The notes below the pieces were generated by a model. That model saw only the letters and a list, made by a program, of their open reading frames with translations, did no database searches and was not told where the DNA came from. From NCBI GenBank assembly GCA_964016885.1, contig OZ024745.1, forward strand, positions 116,622,001-116,686,000: a stretch of DNA of 64,000 bases, given 5' to 3'. The position numbers and the translations under genes were made by a program. Origin of the DNA: Eledone cirrhosa (lineage: Eukaryota). Numbering within the stretch: the first letter of the stretch is position 1; each line of letters opens with the position of its first letter. Below, in pieces: positions 23,786 through 36,650 of the stretch.

Positions 23786-25894
23786 TTAGCTATCTGGAGG
23801 TGGAGGGTAGTTAGCTGGAGGTGGAGGGTAGTTAGCTGGAGGTGGAGGGTAGTTAGCTGGAGGTGGAGGGTAGCTTGCTGGAGGTGGAGGGTAGTTAGCT
23901 GGAGGTGGAGGGTAGTTAGCTGGAGGTGGGTGGTAGTTAGCTGGAGGTGGAGGGTAGTTAGCTGGAGGTGGATGGTAGTTAGCTGGAGGTGGAGGGTAGT
24001 TAGCTGGAGGTGGAGGGTAGTTAGCTGGAGGTGGAGGGTAGTTAGCTGGAGGTGGGTGGTAGTTAGCTGGAGGTGGAGGGTAGTTAGCTGGAGGTGGAGG
24101 GTAGTTAGCTGGAGGTGGAGGGTAGTTAGCTAGAGGTGGAGGGTAGTTAGCTGGAGGTGGAGGGTAGTTAGCTGGAGGTGGAGGGTAGTTAGCTGGAGGT
24201 GGAGGGTAGTTAGCTGGAGGTGGAGGGTAGTTAGCTGGAGGTGGAGGGTAGTTAGCTGGAGGTGGAGGGTAGCTTGCTGGAGGTGGAGGGTAGTTAGCTG
24301 GAGGTGGAGGGTAGTTAGGTGGAGGTGGAGGGTAGTTAGCTGGAGGTGGAGGGTAGTTAGCTGGAGGTGGAGGGTAGCTTGCTGGAGGTGGAGGGTAGTT
24401 AGGTGGAGGTGGAGGGTAGTTAGCTGGAGGTGGAGGGTAGTTAGCTGGAGGTGGACGGAGCTTGCTGGAGGTGGAGGGTAGTTAGCTAGAGGTGGAGGGT
24501 AGTTAGCTGGAGGTGGAGGGTAGTTAGCTAGAGGTGGAGGGTAGTTAGCTGGAGGTGGAGGGTAGTTAGCTGGAGGTGGAGGGTAGTTAGCTGGAGGTGG
24601 AGGGTAGTTAGCTAGAGGTGGAGGGTAGTTAGCTGGAGGTGGAGGGTAGTTAGCTGGAGGTGGAGGGTAGTTAGCTGGAGGTGGATGGTAGTTAGCTGGA
24701 GGTGGAGGGTAGTTAGCTGGAGGTGGAGGGTAGTTAGCTGGAGGTGGAGGGTAGTTAGCTGGAGGTGGGTGGTAGTTAGCTGGAGGTGGAGGGTAGTTAG
24801 CTGGAGGTGGAGGGTAGTTAGCTGGAGGTGGAGGGTAGTTAGCTAGAGGTGGAGGGTAGTTAGCTGGAGGTGGAGGGTAGTTAGCTGGAGGTGGAGGGTA
24901 GTTAGCTGGAGGTGGAGGGTAGTTAGCTGGAGGTGGAGGGTAGTTAGCTGGAGGTGGAGGGTAGTTAGCTGGAGGTGGAGGGTAGCTTGCTGGAGGTGGA
25001 GGGTAGTTAGCTGGAGGTGGAGGGTAGTTAGGTGGAGGTGGAGGGTAGTTAGCTGGAGGTGGAGGGTAGTTAGCTGGAGGTGGAGGGTAGCTTGCTGGAG
25101 GTGGAGGGTAGTTAGGTGGAGGTGGAGGGTAGTTAGCTGGAGGTGGAGGGTAGTTAGCTGGAGGTGGACGGAGCTTGCTGGAGGTGGAGGGTAGTTAGCT
25201 AGAGGTGGAGGGTAGTTAGCTGGAGGTGGAGGGTAGTTAGCTGGAGGTGGAGGGTAGTTAGCTGGAGGTGGAGGGTAGCTTGCTGGAGGTGGAGGGTAGT
25301 TAGCTGGAGGTGGAGGGCAGTTAGTTGGAGGTGGGGTAGTTAGGTGGAGGTGGAGGGTAGTTAGCTGGAGGAGGGTGTAGTTAGGTGAAGGTGAAGGGTA
25401 GCTTGCTGGAGGTGTAGGGTAGCTTGCTTGAAGTGGAGGGAAGTTAGCTGGAGGTGGGGTAGTTAGCTGGAGGTGGGGGTAGTTTGCTGGAGGTGAAGGG
25501 TAGCTTGGTGGAGGTGGAGGGTAGTTAGGTTCAGGTGGAGGGTAATTAGCTGGAGGTGGAGGGTAATTAGCTGGAGGTGGGTGTAGTTAGGTGGAGGTGG
25601 ATGGTAGCTTGATGGAGGTGGAGGTGGAGGGTAGTTAGCAGCAGGTGGAGTGAAGTTAGGTGGAGGTGGAGTGTAGCTTGCTGGAGGTGGAGTGTAGTTA
25701 GGTGGAGGTGGAGGGTAGCTTGCTGGAGGTGGAGGTGGAGGGTAGTTAGCAGCAGGTGGAGTGAAGTTAGGTGGAGGTGGAGTGTAGCTTGCTGGAGGTG
25801 GAGTGTAGTTAGGTGGAGGTGGAGGGTAGCTTGCTGGAGGGTAGTTCTTGTGACGTCCTTTCCCCGTGCAACACCACATACGCTCACTCGACAA
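23786..25894 (-). CDS. Possible Pro/Tyr-rich extensin-like repeat exon, frameshifted
   Basis: ORF 25463..25894 reads NYPPASYPPPPPNYTPPPASYT...; array reads (PANYPPP)n and ends PPDS* at 23786; several 1-nt indels break the frame. Confidence 0.3.
23789..25850. repeat. 21-bp minisatellite, roughly 95 units, degenerate at the right end
   Basis: Unit GGAGGTGGAGGGTAGTTAGCT with variants TAGCTTGCT, TAGTTAGGT, CTAGAGG. Confidence 0.97.
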
Positions 25895-26046
25895 CTAGTT
25901 TATTGTATAAATATTACCATTGCTTCTGTGTATATGGGTGTATGTGTGTGTGAGTGTGTGCCTATATGTGTGTGTATGTGTGTGTCTGTGGTTGTGTGTA
26001 TGTGTGTATGTGTGTATGTGTGTTTGTACCTGTGTATGTGTCTGCC

Positions 26047-26084
<38 letters not shown>

Positions 26085-26430
26085 TCTGTATGTGTGTCTG
26101 CACCTGTGAGTGTCTGTGTCTATGTCTGTGTATGTGTGCCTGTACTTGTGTGTGTCTGTATGTCTGTGTGTCTGTGTGTCTGTGTGTGTGTCTTGTCTGT
26201 GTGTGTCTTGCCTGTATGTGTCTCTACCTGTGTATGTATGCATATATAAATATAGCTACTCTCTCTAATACTATCCACCATTATCGTTTCTTTTCATTTC
26301 TCTTCCTTGAGGACTTGGTACACATTATGTTACCAAGGAAGGTCAGCAAATGATGAAACTCTAAAAAATTATTCCCAATCATACTAGATACGTAACAATA
26401 AAATCTAAGAACAATAAAAACTGTTATTAT

Positions 26431-26980
26431 TGGATTGGCAGACACCTTGCTTTGCAGCATGGAGTTATGGCCCTTTATGATCTGAGTTCACATCCCACCG
26501 AGGTTAACTTTCATTCTTACGGGGTCGATATAATAAAGTACCAGTAACGTACTGGGGTCGACTTAATCGACTGTCCCCTCACCCACATTACTGGCCTTGT
26601 ATACTAGAAATAATTATTATTAAAGCGGTGGATTGGCAGTATCGGTAGAGCGTCGGACGCCATGCTTTGCAGCATAGATATACGTACCTTTACGTTCTGA
26701 GTTGAAATCCAGCCGAGGTTAACTAAACCTTTCATCCTTACGTAGTCGATCAAATTTAATACCAGTAACACACTGCGATCGATTTAGGGTAATTAGGGTG
26801 TTTGTTTATTAAAATCGCGAAAGCATTAGACAGAGGCTTTGATTTATTCGTTCCAATTTTTTACGGTTTGAGTTTAAATCCCACTGAATCAACGTTCCTT
26901 TTTATCCTTTTGTTGCCAATAAAAATCTACTTTGCTCGATATAATTTGCTGGCGTTGAGCCAAAATTAAAAATAATTATT
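26431..26980 (+). mobile_element. Three tandem S1-type SINEs
   Basis: Copies at about 26431-26620, 26625-26790 and degenerate 26815-26980. Confidence 0.8.
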
Positions 26981-27181
26981 TATATCTTATTCCTTGAAAT
27001 TTCGTTTATCAGAATTTTGCCTCAAACTATTTTTCAATCTTTTTTATCAATTTACTACTTCTCTCATAGAGATGTATTTTATAACATCAAACTTACTTCT
27101 AGAACCAAGTAACGATTGGAACAGATTTATCTCTATTACAGTTATTCCAGTTTCTTCAATTAAACATAAGCTAGCTGTTCA

Positions 27182-27430
27182 GGAGGCAGGTGGCCTAGTG
27201 GTAAGTGCGTTGGACTTACGATCATAATGTCGTGGGTTCGATTCCTGGGCAGAGTTGCGTGCTGTCTTCTTGAGCAAAACACTTCATTTCATGTTGCTCC
27301 AGAATACTCTGCTGAAAATGTGTACCAGCAATATCTGACATCCTGTCCAGGGAGAGTCTTGTACTTTCAGTTGTTTCACGCCATGAAATCGCGATAAGTA
27401 CCAGACTAACAAGCCTACTGGTTTAAGAGA
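27182..27430 (+). mobile_element. tRNA-derived SINE, second family
   Basis: TGGCCTAGTGG A box, GGTTCGATTCC B box, then TTGAGCAAAACACTTCATTTCATGTTGCTCCAG. Confidence 0.8.
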
Positions 27431-27579
27431 GACTTAACTGTTCATAAGTAGAAACCAACAGAAATTGAACGAGTACTTCGCATTAGTAAAGTAAAATAAG
27501 AGCTTTGAAACTTAAATATATGCTGGTTTACTAATATTAACTTTCATTATACTATCATAATTCTAACGTCGGTGCGAGG

Positions 27580-27825
27580 TTTCCTTTAGCAAGAAACTTT
27601 ATTTCCCGTTGCTCCAGTCCACTCAGCTGGCAAAAAATGAGCTGTACCTGTAATTCGAAAGGCCAGCCTTGTCACATTGTGTGTCACGCTGAATCTCCCT
27701 GAGAACTACATAAAGGGTATGCGTGTCTGTGAAATGCTCAGTGACATTAAATTTCACGGGCAGGCAGTGCCATTTATTATATCAACTGAAACACTCTTCG
27801 TCGCAACCGACCGAGAGCCAGTTAT
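27580..27825 (+). mobile_element. SINE body lacking most of its tRNA head
   Basis: AGCAAGAAACTTTATTTCCCGTTGCTCCAGTCCACTCAGCTG resembles 27272-27320. Confidence 0.55.
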
Positions 27826-28459
27826 AATTCTAGCATATAACAATATTGTACGACGGTTGTTTCATTAAACAAAACATACAGTTTTGATAGACAAGCATCA
27901 AAAAGAAATTCCCATAGAAATATGCTTACTGTTTCAATATTTCTTGAATATCTGTCCAAATGCTCAAGTGCTTATGTGAAATGTTAATTAAATTTAAAAG
28001 AAATCCACAGAGGAAATCTTATTAATGAATTAATTAAAATACATTCCTATTAAAGAACTATTAAAGAATATTGAATAAACAAAATAGTTTCATAGTTTAA
28101 TGTAGTATGAAAATATTAATGACGTTTTCTTTTCCTACAATGTTCTACATATATTAAATTAATTAATCATCCCTAATTCAATTATTATGACAAATTTATG
28201 AATTTCTATTAAATATACTTTCAGTGTGAAAAATATTCGATTCAAATTTCCCTCTAGAGATAAACTAAAACATTCGATTCAATCTATTTACTCCTACTTT
28301 ACAGTAGAACAATTACAACTCTGTTGTTTTGTGAGGAATATAAATTTGGGAACTTAATATCATGCTCTGAATTTCGAATCCTAACTGATATAGGTGTCTT
28401 AGGTAGAAATATAAGTTGTAGACTCAACCCAGAAGTATAGAATTATACAATTTTTTTCT

Positions 28460-28620
28460 GTTTGTTTAGAGAAGAGCCGAACTCCTACCATCATCACCCC
28501 CATCTCTCTGTATAGTGAGCAAATGGGGTCCCACTTGCTTGCCGCCCCCCAGCCCCGGCGGACAGAATGGAGAAGGCGTTTCCCCGGGGGATGGTAAGGG
28601 AAATCAAAGCTTGGTTAAAA
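28460..28620 (-). mobile_element. Family L fragment
   Basis: Shares CCCATCTCTCTGTAT.GTGAGCAAATG and CCCGGCGGACAGAAT...GGATGGTAAGGG with 44449-44560 (inverted). Confidence 0.6.
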
Positions 28621-30544
28621 GGCGCGTTGTATTTTTAAGAGCAATGTCAGTTTAGAAATGCTGCAACTTATTCTAAGGTGTGTTTTCTGTTGTTGATATC
28701 TTTGTTGCCCCAAGATTGCATTGACCAACTTGTCATGTTTCATATAAATAATCAATTGAAAGTGTATCATGATTGGATCTACTATCTCAAAACTTAGGAT
28801 ATATTGTATGGGGTGTAGTGTGATAGTCAAAGTATGTTCGATTTCTGGTAGGTGCTAATCGGTTCTTATAGGTTATGATGATAGTTACAGTAGAGAACTG
28901 TGATATTATTGAGAATTCACTTGCCGTGCAATATTGAAATCATTGTAAGTACTCGGTGTTTGTTCCACATGTCCAGGTTTAATTTCATATTATTTCATAT
29001 TATGTAAACACCGTTAATTAAAATAGTACATAAATTTAGATTAAACGCTAATTAGAAACAGCTATTTATCTTAATATCTGTAATATTGTAACTATAATTA
29101 TATATAATTGGCTTGCCAATGTTGTAATAGATCTAATTAAATACAACCATATTAGACATTATCATTTGTAAAATACCGAGAACATTATACAAGCTATAAA
29201 AACATAGACATTGACGTTTAACAGTAAATGCTGCTAACATGCTTCCAATTAATTATTTTGGTCAAAATAAATGCTTTATAATATGCAAAACTGTAATTAA
29301 TACTTAACACCCGACTTGATTCAGCACAATATCACTTTATATAGACAATTAGCCCGGCGTTGTTCTTTATAATTTTCTAAATAAACTCATTATTCATAAA
29401 ATCTATTATAACTGAAATTTAATTTTACTAATGCTTTATTTGTTTATGAAAATATGATATATCCTATTAAAGTATATACTCAATATAAATATTAAATTAT
29501 TTGATTAAAACTTTGTAACTTTAATACGTCTATATTTTATCAGTACATTATTTTTCCTTAGTAGAATCAATCCAAAACATACACACAATTGTTTACAAAA
29601 TATTTTTTATATCAATTCCATTTTCTATTCAAGTTAAAATTAACCTGATGCGGGATATAATTAGTATTTGTTTTCTGAAATTACTTTAATCCCATTTGTC
29701 ACTTATGTTAGATACTAAGTTAAATAATCGAGTAAACAATTCAAGACTGTTATTATCTTTATGCAGAGGAAAACAGAAAACAATTAAAATTATTTTCATT
29801 TTTTGTCCATTAAGCACCTTCGTTTAATAAATGAAAATAAGAGAGCTAGTAAAAGTGAAATTGAAATTGATCATTCAACTGCTAAAGATATACATCACAA
29901 AATTGAACTAGAGACTTTGTGGTATGGTAGGCTATTAATGACAAATATATTCACTATTCAGAGACTGAATGCTGGTGAGTTTTCCTATTGCCATCTATGT
30001 CCACATATATGATCTTGAAGGCTTCTCTTTTAAATAATGAAGCACTCGTCCATTAAGGATTAACACTTCTTATGATAGTATGTTGTGCTACTTTATGGAT
30101 TCAATTTCTAAACCTTTCACGTCACTGAGACAGCGAGAAGTCTCATTGGTGTTTTGCAAACCACGTGCTTCTCCTGTTAGTCTCTGTTCTGTATATCATG
30201 CGTGTAAGTTCAGATAGGTCGATTTCCTTCATTAACGATCCTGATCGATCATGATAGATAATTGGTGAAATGTATTCATAGCTATAGAGGGATACGTGCA
30301 AAAGAATATAAATATCTTTTGCCAGGTATCTCTATTTGAAATTTCTTTGTTAAATATTAATATGTTACCTTACCAAACTATGTGTTCTTACTTCTATACA
30401 GATTATTTTCTGTTATGGTCTGATAGGTTATTTTATGTATGTATGTTATTCAATATATGTGTACATATATATTGTATATATATATGTATATATATATGTA
30501 TATATATATATGTCAATCAATGCTCGGATTTATTCCTCAGAATC

Positions 30545-31218
30545 TCTCTTCGAGCTTCTTCTCAAACATGGCATATATATTTATACACACATACATACAT
30601 ATACCTTGAAATGGGATATACTTTCCAGCGCTAGTGCATATCGGAGTGGATTGAATACTGTAGGTTATGTAACCTTGAACTCTTTTACATCTTAAAATCC
30701 AAAAAGAAATTCTAAATGATAGAATCGAACGATCATTATACTGCAACCACAAATTGAAGACTAAATTACCTCACTATAAAATAACTTAACATTCGAACCC
30801 GTAACTATAACATTGCTTTCTAGCTAACCACTTTCTCTTCCCCCACACTACAAGACAATACCCTGCTTATCACTATAAATGGAAACTTAGTGCAATTTGT
30901 AGACTACTACTATGAACTCAGTGTAGACCCATCCTATAGCTTTCGTCTGTCCCCTCTCTATCTCTCCCTCTCTATCCATTCCTCTCTCTCTCTCTCTCTC
31001 TCTCACTCTCTCTCTCTCTCTCTCTCTCTCACCCTAGGTCCACCTCCCTCCTTCTCCACATCTATGAACCTGCCCTCTGGGGCAATAAATAATTCCAACC
31101 TTGACTATCAACGCATCGCTTACGGTGGTCGCTTTAAGAGTAACCAGTATAATATAACCCCTACCACAACATGTTGATTAAGATATCTACAAACTACTCT
31201 CTCCCATTTCTCCAACCC

Positions 31219-31249
<31 letters not shown>

Positions 31250-31520
31250 TCCCTCTCCCTCTCTCCCTCTCCCTCTCCCCTTCTTTTCACTCTTCCTTTT
31301 CTACTCTCTCTTCCTCAATAACCTCACTTAAGGGAATTTACATTTTACATTTTAACCATTCTGCTCTGATGATACAGTGGTCACAGGATTTGATAATTGA
31401 GTTTTGCAAATAGATATACATTTTCACATAGCATAACTAGGCTGTATAACCACCGTGGAAACATTTGTAAGCACACAGAATAAAATACCTTTTTATGATG
31501 TCTACCTGTTATTATTCATT

Positions 31521-31525
<5 letters not shown>
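30545..31525 (+). mobile_element. PLE 3' fragment: GIY-YIG C-terminus, UTR, HHR, ends at (TA)n
   Basis: Frameshifted LKWDILSSASAYRSG..CRLCNLELFYIL..LNDRIE..YCNH matches the W.IL..A..Y..C.LC..E..I..LN.R.E..C.H end of some PLE endonucleases. Confidence 0.65.
31362..31473 (+). ncRNA. Type I HHR with long stem II insertion
   Basis: tgct-CTGATGA-tacagtggt...accaccgtg-GAAA-ca tt tg-TA-agca. Confidence 0.75.
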
Positions 31526-31934
<409 letters not shown>

Positions 31935-32372
31935 GTATATATATAAATATATATATACATATATAAGTAGAAGTGGTATTAAATTTGTTGGAAGTCCGAC
32001 AAATATAAATGTTTATAACTGATTTAGAGCACTCAACAGTGTACTGGAGTAAATATTCAATGATATTAAATAAATGGAAACTATATTTATAAAACCATAT
32101 TTATTTTATTATATATATTTCAAAATTAAAATACATTCGACAGATAACACAGATAATGCAAGAGGATAGTTTGATAGTCAGATCTAGTAGGTAGTGTATG
32201 CGTTAATTACACATGGAGCATGCAAGTGTGTCTCATTTTTATACTATTATTGTGTGGCAGGGTGTTACATGTAATGCAAGCACTTTAAGCTTGTAAGCAA
32301 GATTATGTTTAGGGTTTAAAATATACATAACTATAAAAAGTTTTAATATATACATAACCATAAATAGTATCC

Positions 32373-32425
<53 letters not shown>

Positions 32426-32429
<4 letters not shown>

Positions 32430-32614
32430 TATTTTATAGAAGGAGCTTCTACAGGACTAGTACTGTTTCATTCAGATGAAATCTTCAGGAAGCATCTGAA
32501 TGAAACAGTACTAGTCCTGTAGAAGCTCCTTCTATAAAATAAAAAAATTTTACTCTGCCATGTATTGAGTACCTTACTTACTGTGGTTATCCCCGACTCA
32601 ACCCGGGACCTACG
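32426..32614. mobile_element. Family C fold-back element in (TA)n
   Basis: Arms 32426-32478 / 32493-32545, longer 3' extension to 32614; related to 8948-9090. Confidence 0.85.
32446..32492 (-). ncRNA. Intact type I HHR, family C
   Basis: Minus strand: cttc-CTGAAGA-t ttc atct gaa t-GAAA-cag tactagtc ctg-TA-gaag. Confidence 0.8.
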
Positions 32615-32623
32615 TATATATAT

Positions 32624-32658
<35 letters not shown>

Positions 32659-32810
32659 AATATATATATATATATGTATGTATGTATATATATATATATA
32701 ATGTGTCTTGGTACCCTTGAAATATATATAATGAAATAAATATGGTTTTATAAATGTAGTTTCCATTTATTTAATATCATTGTATATACATATATATATA
32801 TGTTATAGAT

Positions 32811-32871
<61 letters not shown>

Positions 32872-32884
32872 GTGTGTGTGTGTA

Positions 32885-32932
<48 letters not shown>

Positions 32933-33590
32933 ACTAGTAGTAATTAAACATCGTAAATATATCAGTTCACCTGTACCAGTACGATTCAACCATCATGAGC
33001 CCAATGAATTACTTCACACCAATTCCATTATCATTTAGTGGTAATAAACAACGGCATAAACTAGATGGAAATATTCCACTGGATTTCTGATATTTCAGAT
33101 TTATTTAATCACTTGTGTCACAGAGGAAAATTACATTTGACAACTATAAAACTGTTTTGACCAGATGAAGAGTTTAAACATTTTCAACAGCCATGGGAGA
33201 TGTCAATTTCATGTAACTGCTGAAGATTATGGAGGCTTAGCCTGTTGTCCCTTGCAAGCAAAAGAAACAGACAAACACATCTGTTTGACTCCAACAACTT
33301 AACAAAATGAAGCAGGTAGCATCTGAAAGAGTGACGTCGCTCAAACTTCATTCCATTTCAACAAGGAGAGAAGTTAAATTGATTAATTTATGAACCAATT
33401 ACAATGTTTGTTCCTTAATTACATTGAAATGCTCTACTTTTTCTTAACATTAAAATCGTTGTCAACATCATTATTAATGCTGCCATGTTTATTATACATT
33501 TTGTCATTATTATTTTCTCGTCAGCTACGAAGTTTTTATTATCTCTATTACTGCCACTAATAGCATGATCATCATTATTACAGTTATAAA

Positions 33591-33741
33591 GGGCGGTGGA
33601 TTGGCAGTATCGGTAGAGGGTCGGAGGCCATGCTTTGACGCATAGAGTTACGTCCCTTGCCATTCTGAGTTCAAATCCCGCCGAGGTTAACTTTACCTTT
33701 CATCCTTACGGGGTCGATAAAATAGAGTACCAGTAATACAC
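33591..33741 (+). mobile_element. S1 SINE truncated by a minisatellite
   Basis: S1 head and core up to GTACCAGTAATACAC. Confidence 0.9.
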
Positions 33742-35200
33742 CAACACCAACACTACTCCCAACACCAACACTACCCCCAACACTAACACTACCCCCAACA
33801 CCAACACTACTCCCAACACCAACACTACTCCCAACACCAACACTACTCCCAACACTAACACTACTCCCAACACCAACACTACTCCCAACACCAACACTAC
33901 CCCCAACACCAACACTACTCCCAACACCAACACTACTCCCAACACCAACACTACCCCCAACACCAACACTACTCCCAACACCAACACTACCCCCAACACC
34001 AACACTACTCCCAACACCAACACTACTCCCAACACCAACACTACCCCCAACACCAACACTACTCCCAACACCAACACTACTCCCAACACCAACACTACCC
34101 CCAACACCAACACTACTCCCAACACCAACACTACCCCCAACACCAACACTACTCCCAACACCAACACTACTCCCAACACCAACACTACTCCCAACACTAA
34201 CACTACTCCCAACACCAACACTACTCCCAACACCAACACTACCCCCAACACCAACACTACTCCCAACACCAACACTACTCCCAACACCAACACTACTCCC
34301 AACACTAACACTACTCCCAACACCAACACTACCCCCAACACCAACACTACCCCCAACACCAACACTACTCCCAACACCAACACTACCCCCAACACCAACA
34401 CTACTCCCAACACCAACACTACCCCCAACACCAACACTACTCCCAACACCAACACTACCCCCAACACCAACACTACTCCCAACACCAACACTACCCCCAA
34501 CACCAACACTACTCCCAACACCAACACTACTCCCAACACCAACACTACCCCCAACACCAACACTACCCCCAACACCAACACTACCCCCAACACCAACACT
34601 ACCCCCAACACCAACACTACCCCCAACACCAACACTACCCCCAACACCAACACTACTCCCAACACCAACACTACTCCCAACACCAACACTACTCCCAACA
34701 CTAACACTACCCCCAACAACAATACTACCCCCAACACCAACACTACCCCCAACACCAACACTACCCCCAACAACAATACTACCCCCAACACCAACACTAC
34801 CCCCAACACCAACACTACCCCAACACTAACACTACTCCCAACACCAACACTACCCCCAACACCAACACTACCCCAACACTAACACTACTCCCAACACCAA
34901 CACTACCCCAACACTAACACTACCCCAACAACAACACTACCCCCAACACCAACACTACCCCCAACACCAACACTACCCCCAACACCAACACTACCCCCAA
35001 CACCAACACTACCCCAACACTAACACTACTCCCAACACCAACACTACCCCAACACTAACACTACCCCAACAACAACACTACCCCCAACACTAACACTACT
35101 CCCAACACCAACACTACCCCAACACTAACACTACCCCAACACCAACACTACCCCCAACACCAACACTACCCCCAACACCAACACTACCCCCAACAACAAC
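33739..35200. repeat. 18-bp minisatellite, about 80 units; 17-bp units appear after 34810
   Basis: Unit CCAACACCAACACTAC(T/C)C. Confidence 0.97.
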
Positions 35201-35380
35201 ATTAACGTTATGGTTTTGTTTCACCCAACACCAGCTCCGACATCGACTTCAGTGAGGACAAAACTATGATTGTGATGCAATATAACTTTCAATGTTTTAA
35301 CAGATGGAGGGTAAAAGGAAATATATCAATATATCGATATTGATATCTTCGTTCTGTATATCATTATCATTATTATCATC

Positions 35381-35566
35381 GGTGGATTGGCAGTATCGGT
35401 AGAGCGTCGGACGCCATGCTTTCCAGCATAGTTACGTCCCTTTACGATCAGAGTTCAAATCCCGCCGAGGTTGACTTTGACTTTCATCCTTACGGGGTCG
35501 ATAAAATAAAGTACCAGTAATGCACTGGGTAATTGCTGACCTTGTGTCTAAAGTAGAAACAATTAT
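35381..35566 (+). mobile_element. S1 SINE
   Basis: Collinear with 816-1005. Confidence 0.9.
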
Positions 35567-36339
35567 AATATATCATCGTCATCATCATTGTAATGATATA
35601 GTTGTTTGTAATCAACTCCGCCTTATCTATTTAAACATGTAAATGATAACAATGATTGTCGTGGTAATCATCATGATCATCATCATAATGATTAACATTA
35701 CATTCATCATTCACAACATCCACATTATTAACAGAAGCACCAGCAGTCATTGACATTATTCTTTCTATTTCATTCACATAATTATGTGGAAACTGTTATC
35801 GTTTCAAACCTAATTCATTGTTCCGTCAATTCCCTTTAGTTAGCTGTCACAATTCATCCTTATATTAATCTTCCCTTGGCTCTACTCCTTTAATTTGTCA
35901 GCTTCTTTTATTAACTTTCATTAGAGTATGAAATCTAAAATTCTGACAGTCATCTCCACAAGACATGGAAAAGTTAATATTTCAAAGCTGTTTTACATTT
36001 ACAATTCCTGGTTAAATACTGCTAACTGTAAAACATTGTATTTTATTTTTTAGTATGTGTTTCCACATGAATAACGTCTAGACACAGGAGAAATAAGTAA
36101 TATATAATTAACTGGTACTGACACACGTAATATTTCATCTGAAAAACAAAAGAAGTAATGGGGTAATGGAAAAACGGATTCTTAGACTGAGCAAATTCTA
36201 GAGCTGCTTTGTATCAGCCTACTTCAATGTGGCTTTATTTTTCAACCTTCTACAAGTAAATATACAACGTGTCTAAATTAGCGTTGATTCGGTAAACTAG
36301 TTTTCCTATTAGAGTAAAAGTTTTAAAACATTATTCGAT

Positions 36340-36650
36340 CACGAATGGCGGCGGGATAATCACCGAGAACGTTCTCCTGCGGGGTACAATCTGGGCAAGT
36401 TTGTTTGTGGAACACCAACAGCTGCTCATGCATACCGGTTCCCCTCTCCACATCACCAATGTCATCCCAGGGAAAGGCACTTGCCGATACAGCTTGGTAC
36501 CAGTGACATCGGAACTCATTTCTACATCTGAGTAAACTGGAACAACGTGAAATAATGTGTCTTGCTCATGGACAAAGCGCATCATTATCTCAAAGTCAAA
36601 CTGCCAACGTTACGAGTGCAAGTCCAACACTCTAACCACTAAGCCATACA
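36340..36650 (-). mobile_element. tRNA-derived SINE, second-family-like
   Basis: Minus strand TGGCTTAGTGGTTAGAGTGTTGGACT head, then TGAGCAAGACACATTATTTCACGTTGTTCCAG. Confidence 0.7.

Larger units (their letters stand above)
31965..32785. mobile_element. Family B termini (31965-32123 minus; 32705-32785 plus) enclosing a family C element
   Basis: 32058-32123 is an imperfect reverse complement of 32718-32783; both resemble 53750-53900. Confidence 0.7.

Noticed and set aside
33706-34815. 369-aa (LVLGVV)n ORF
   Set aside because: Translation of an 18-bp minisatellite that runs into a SINE; several frames are open and later units break the frame.
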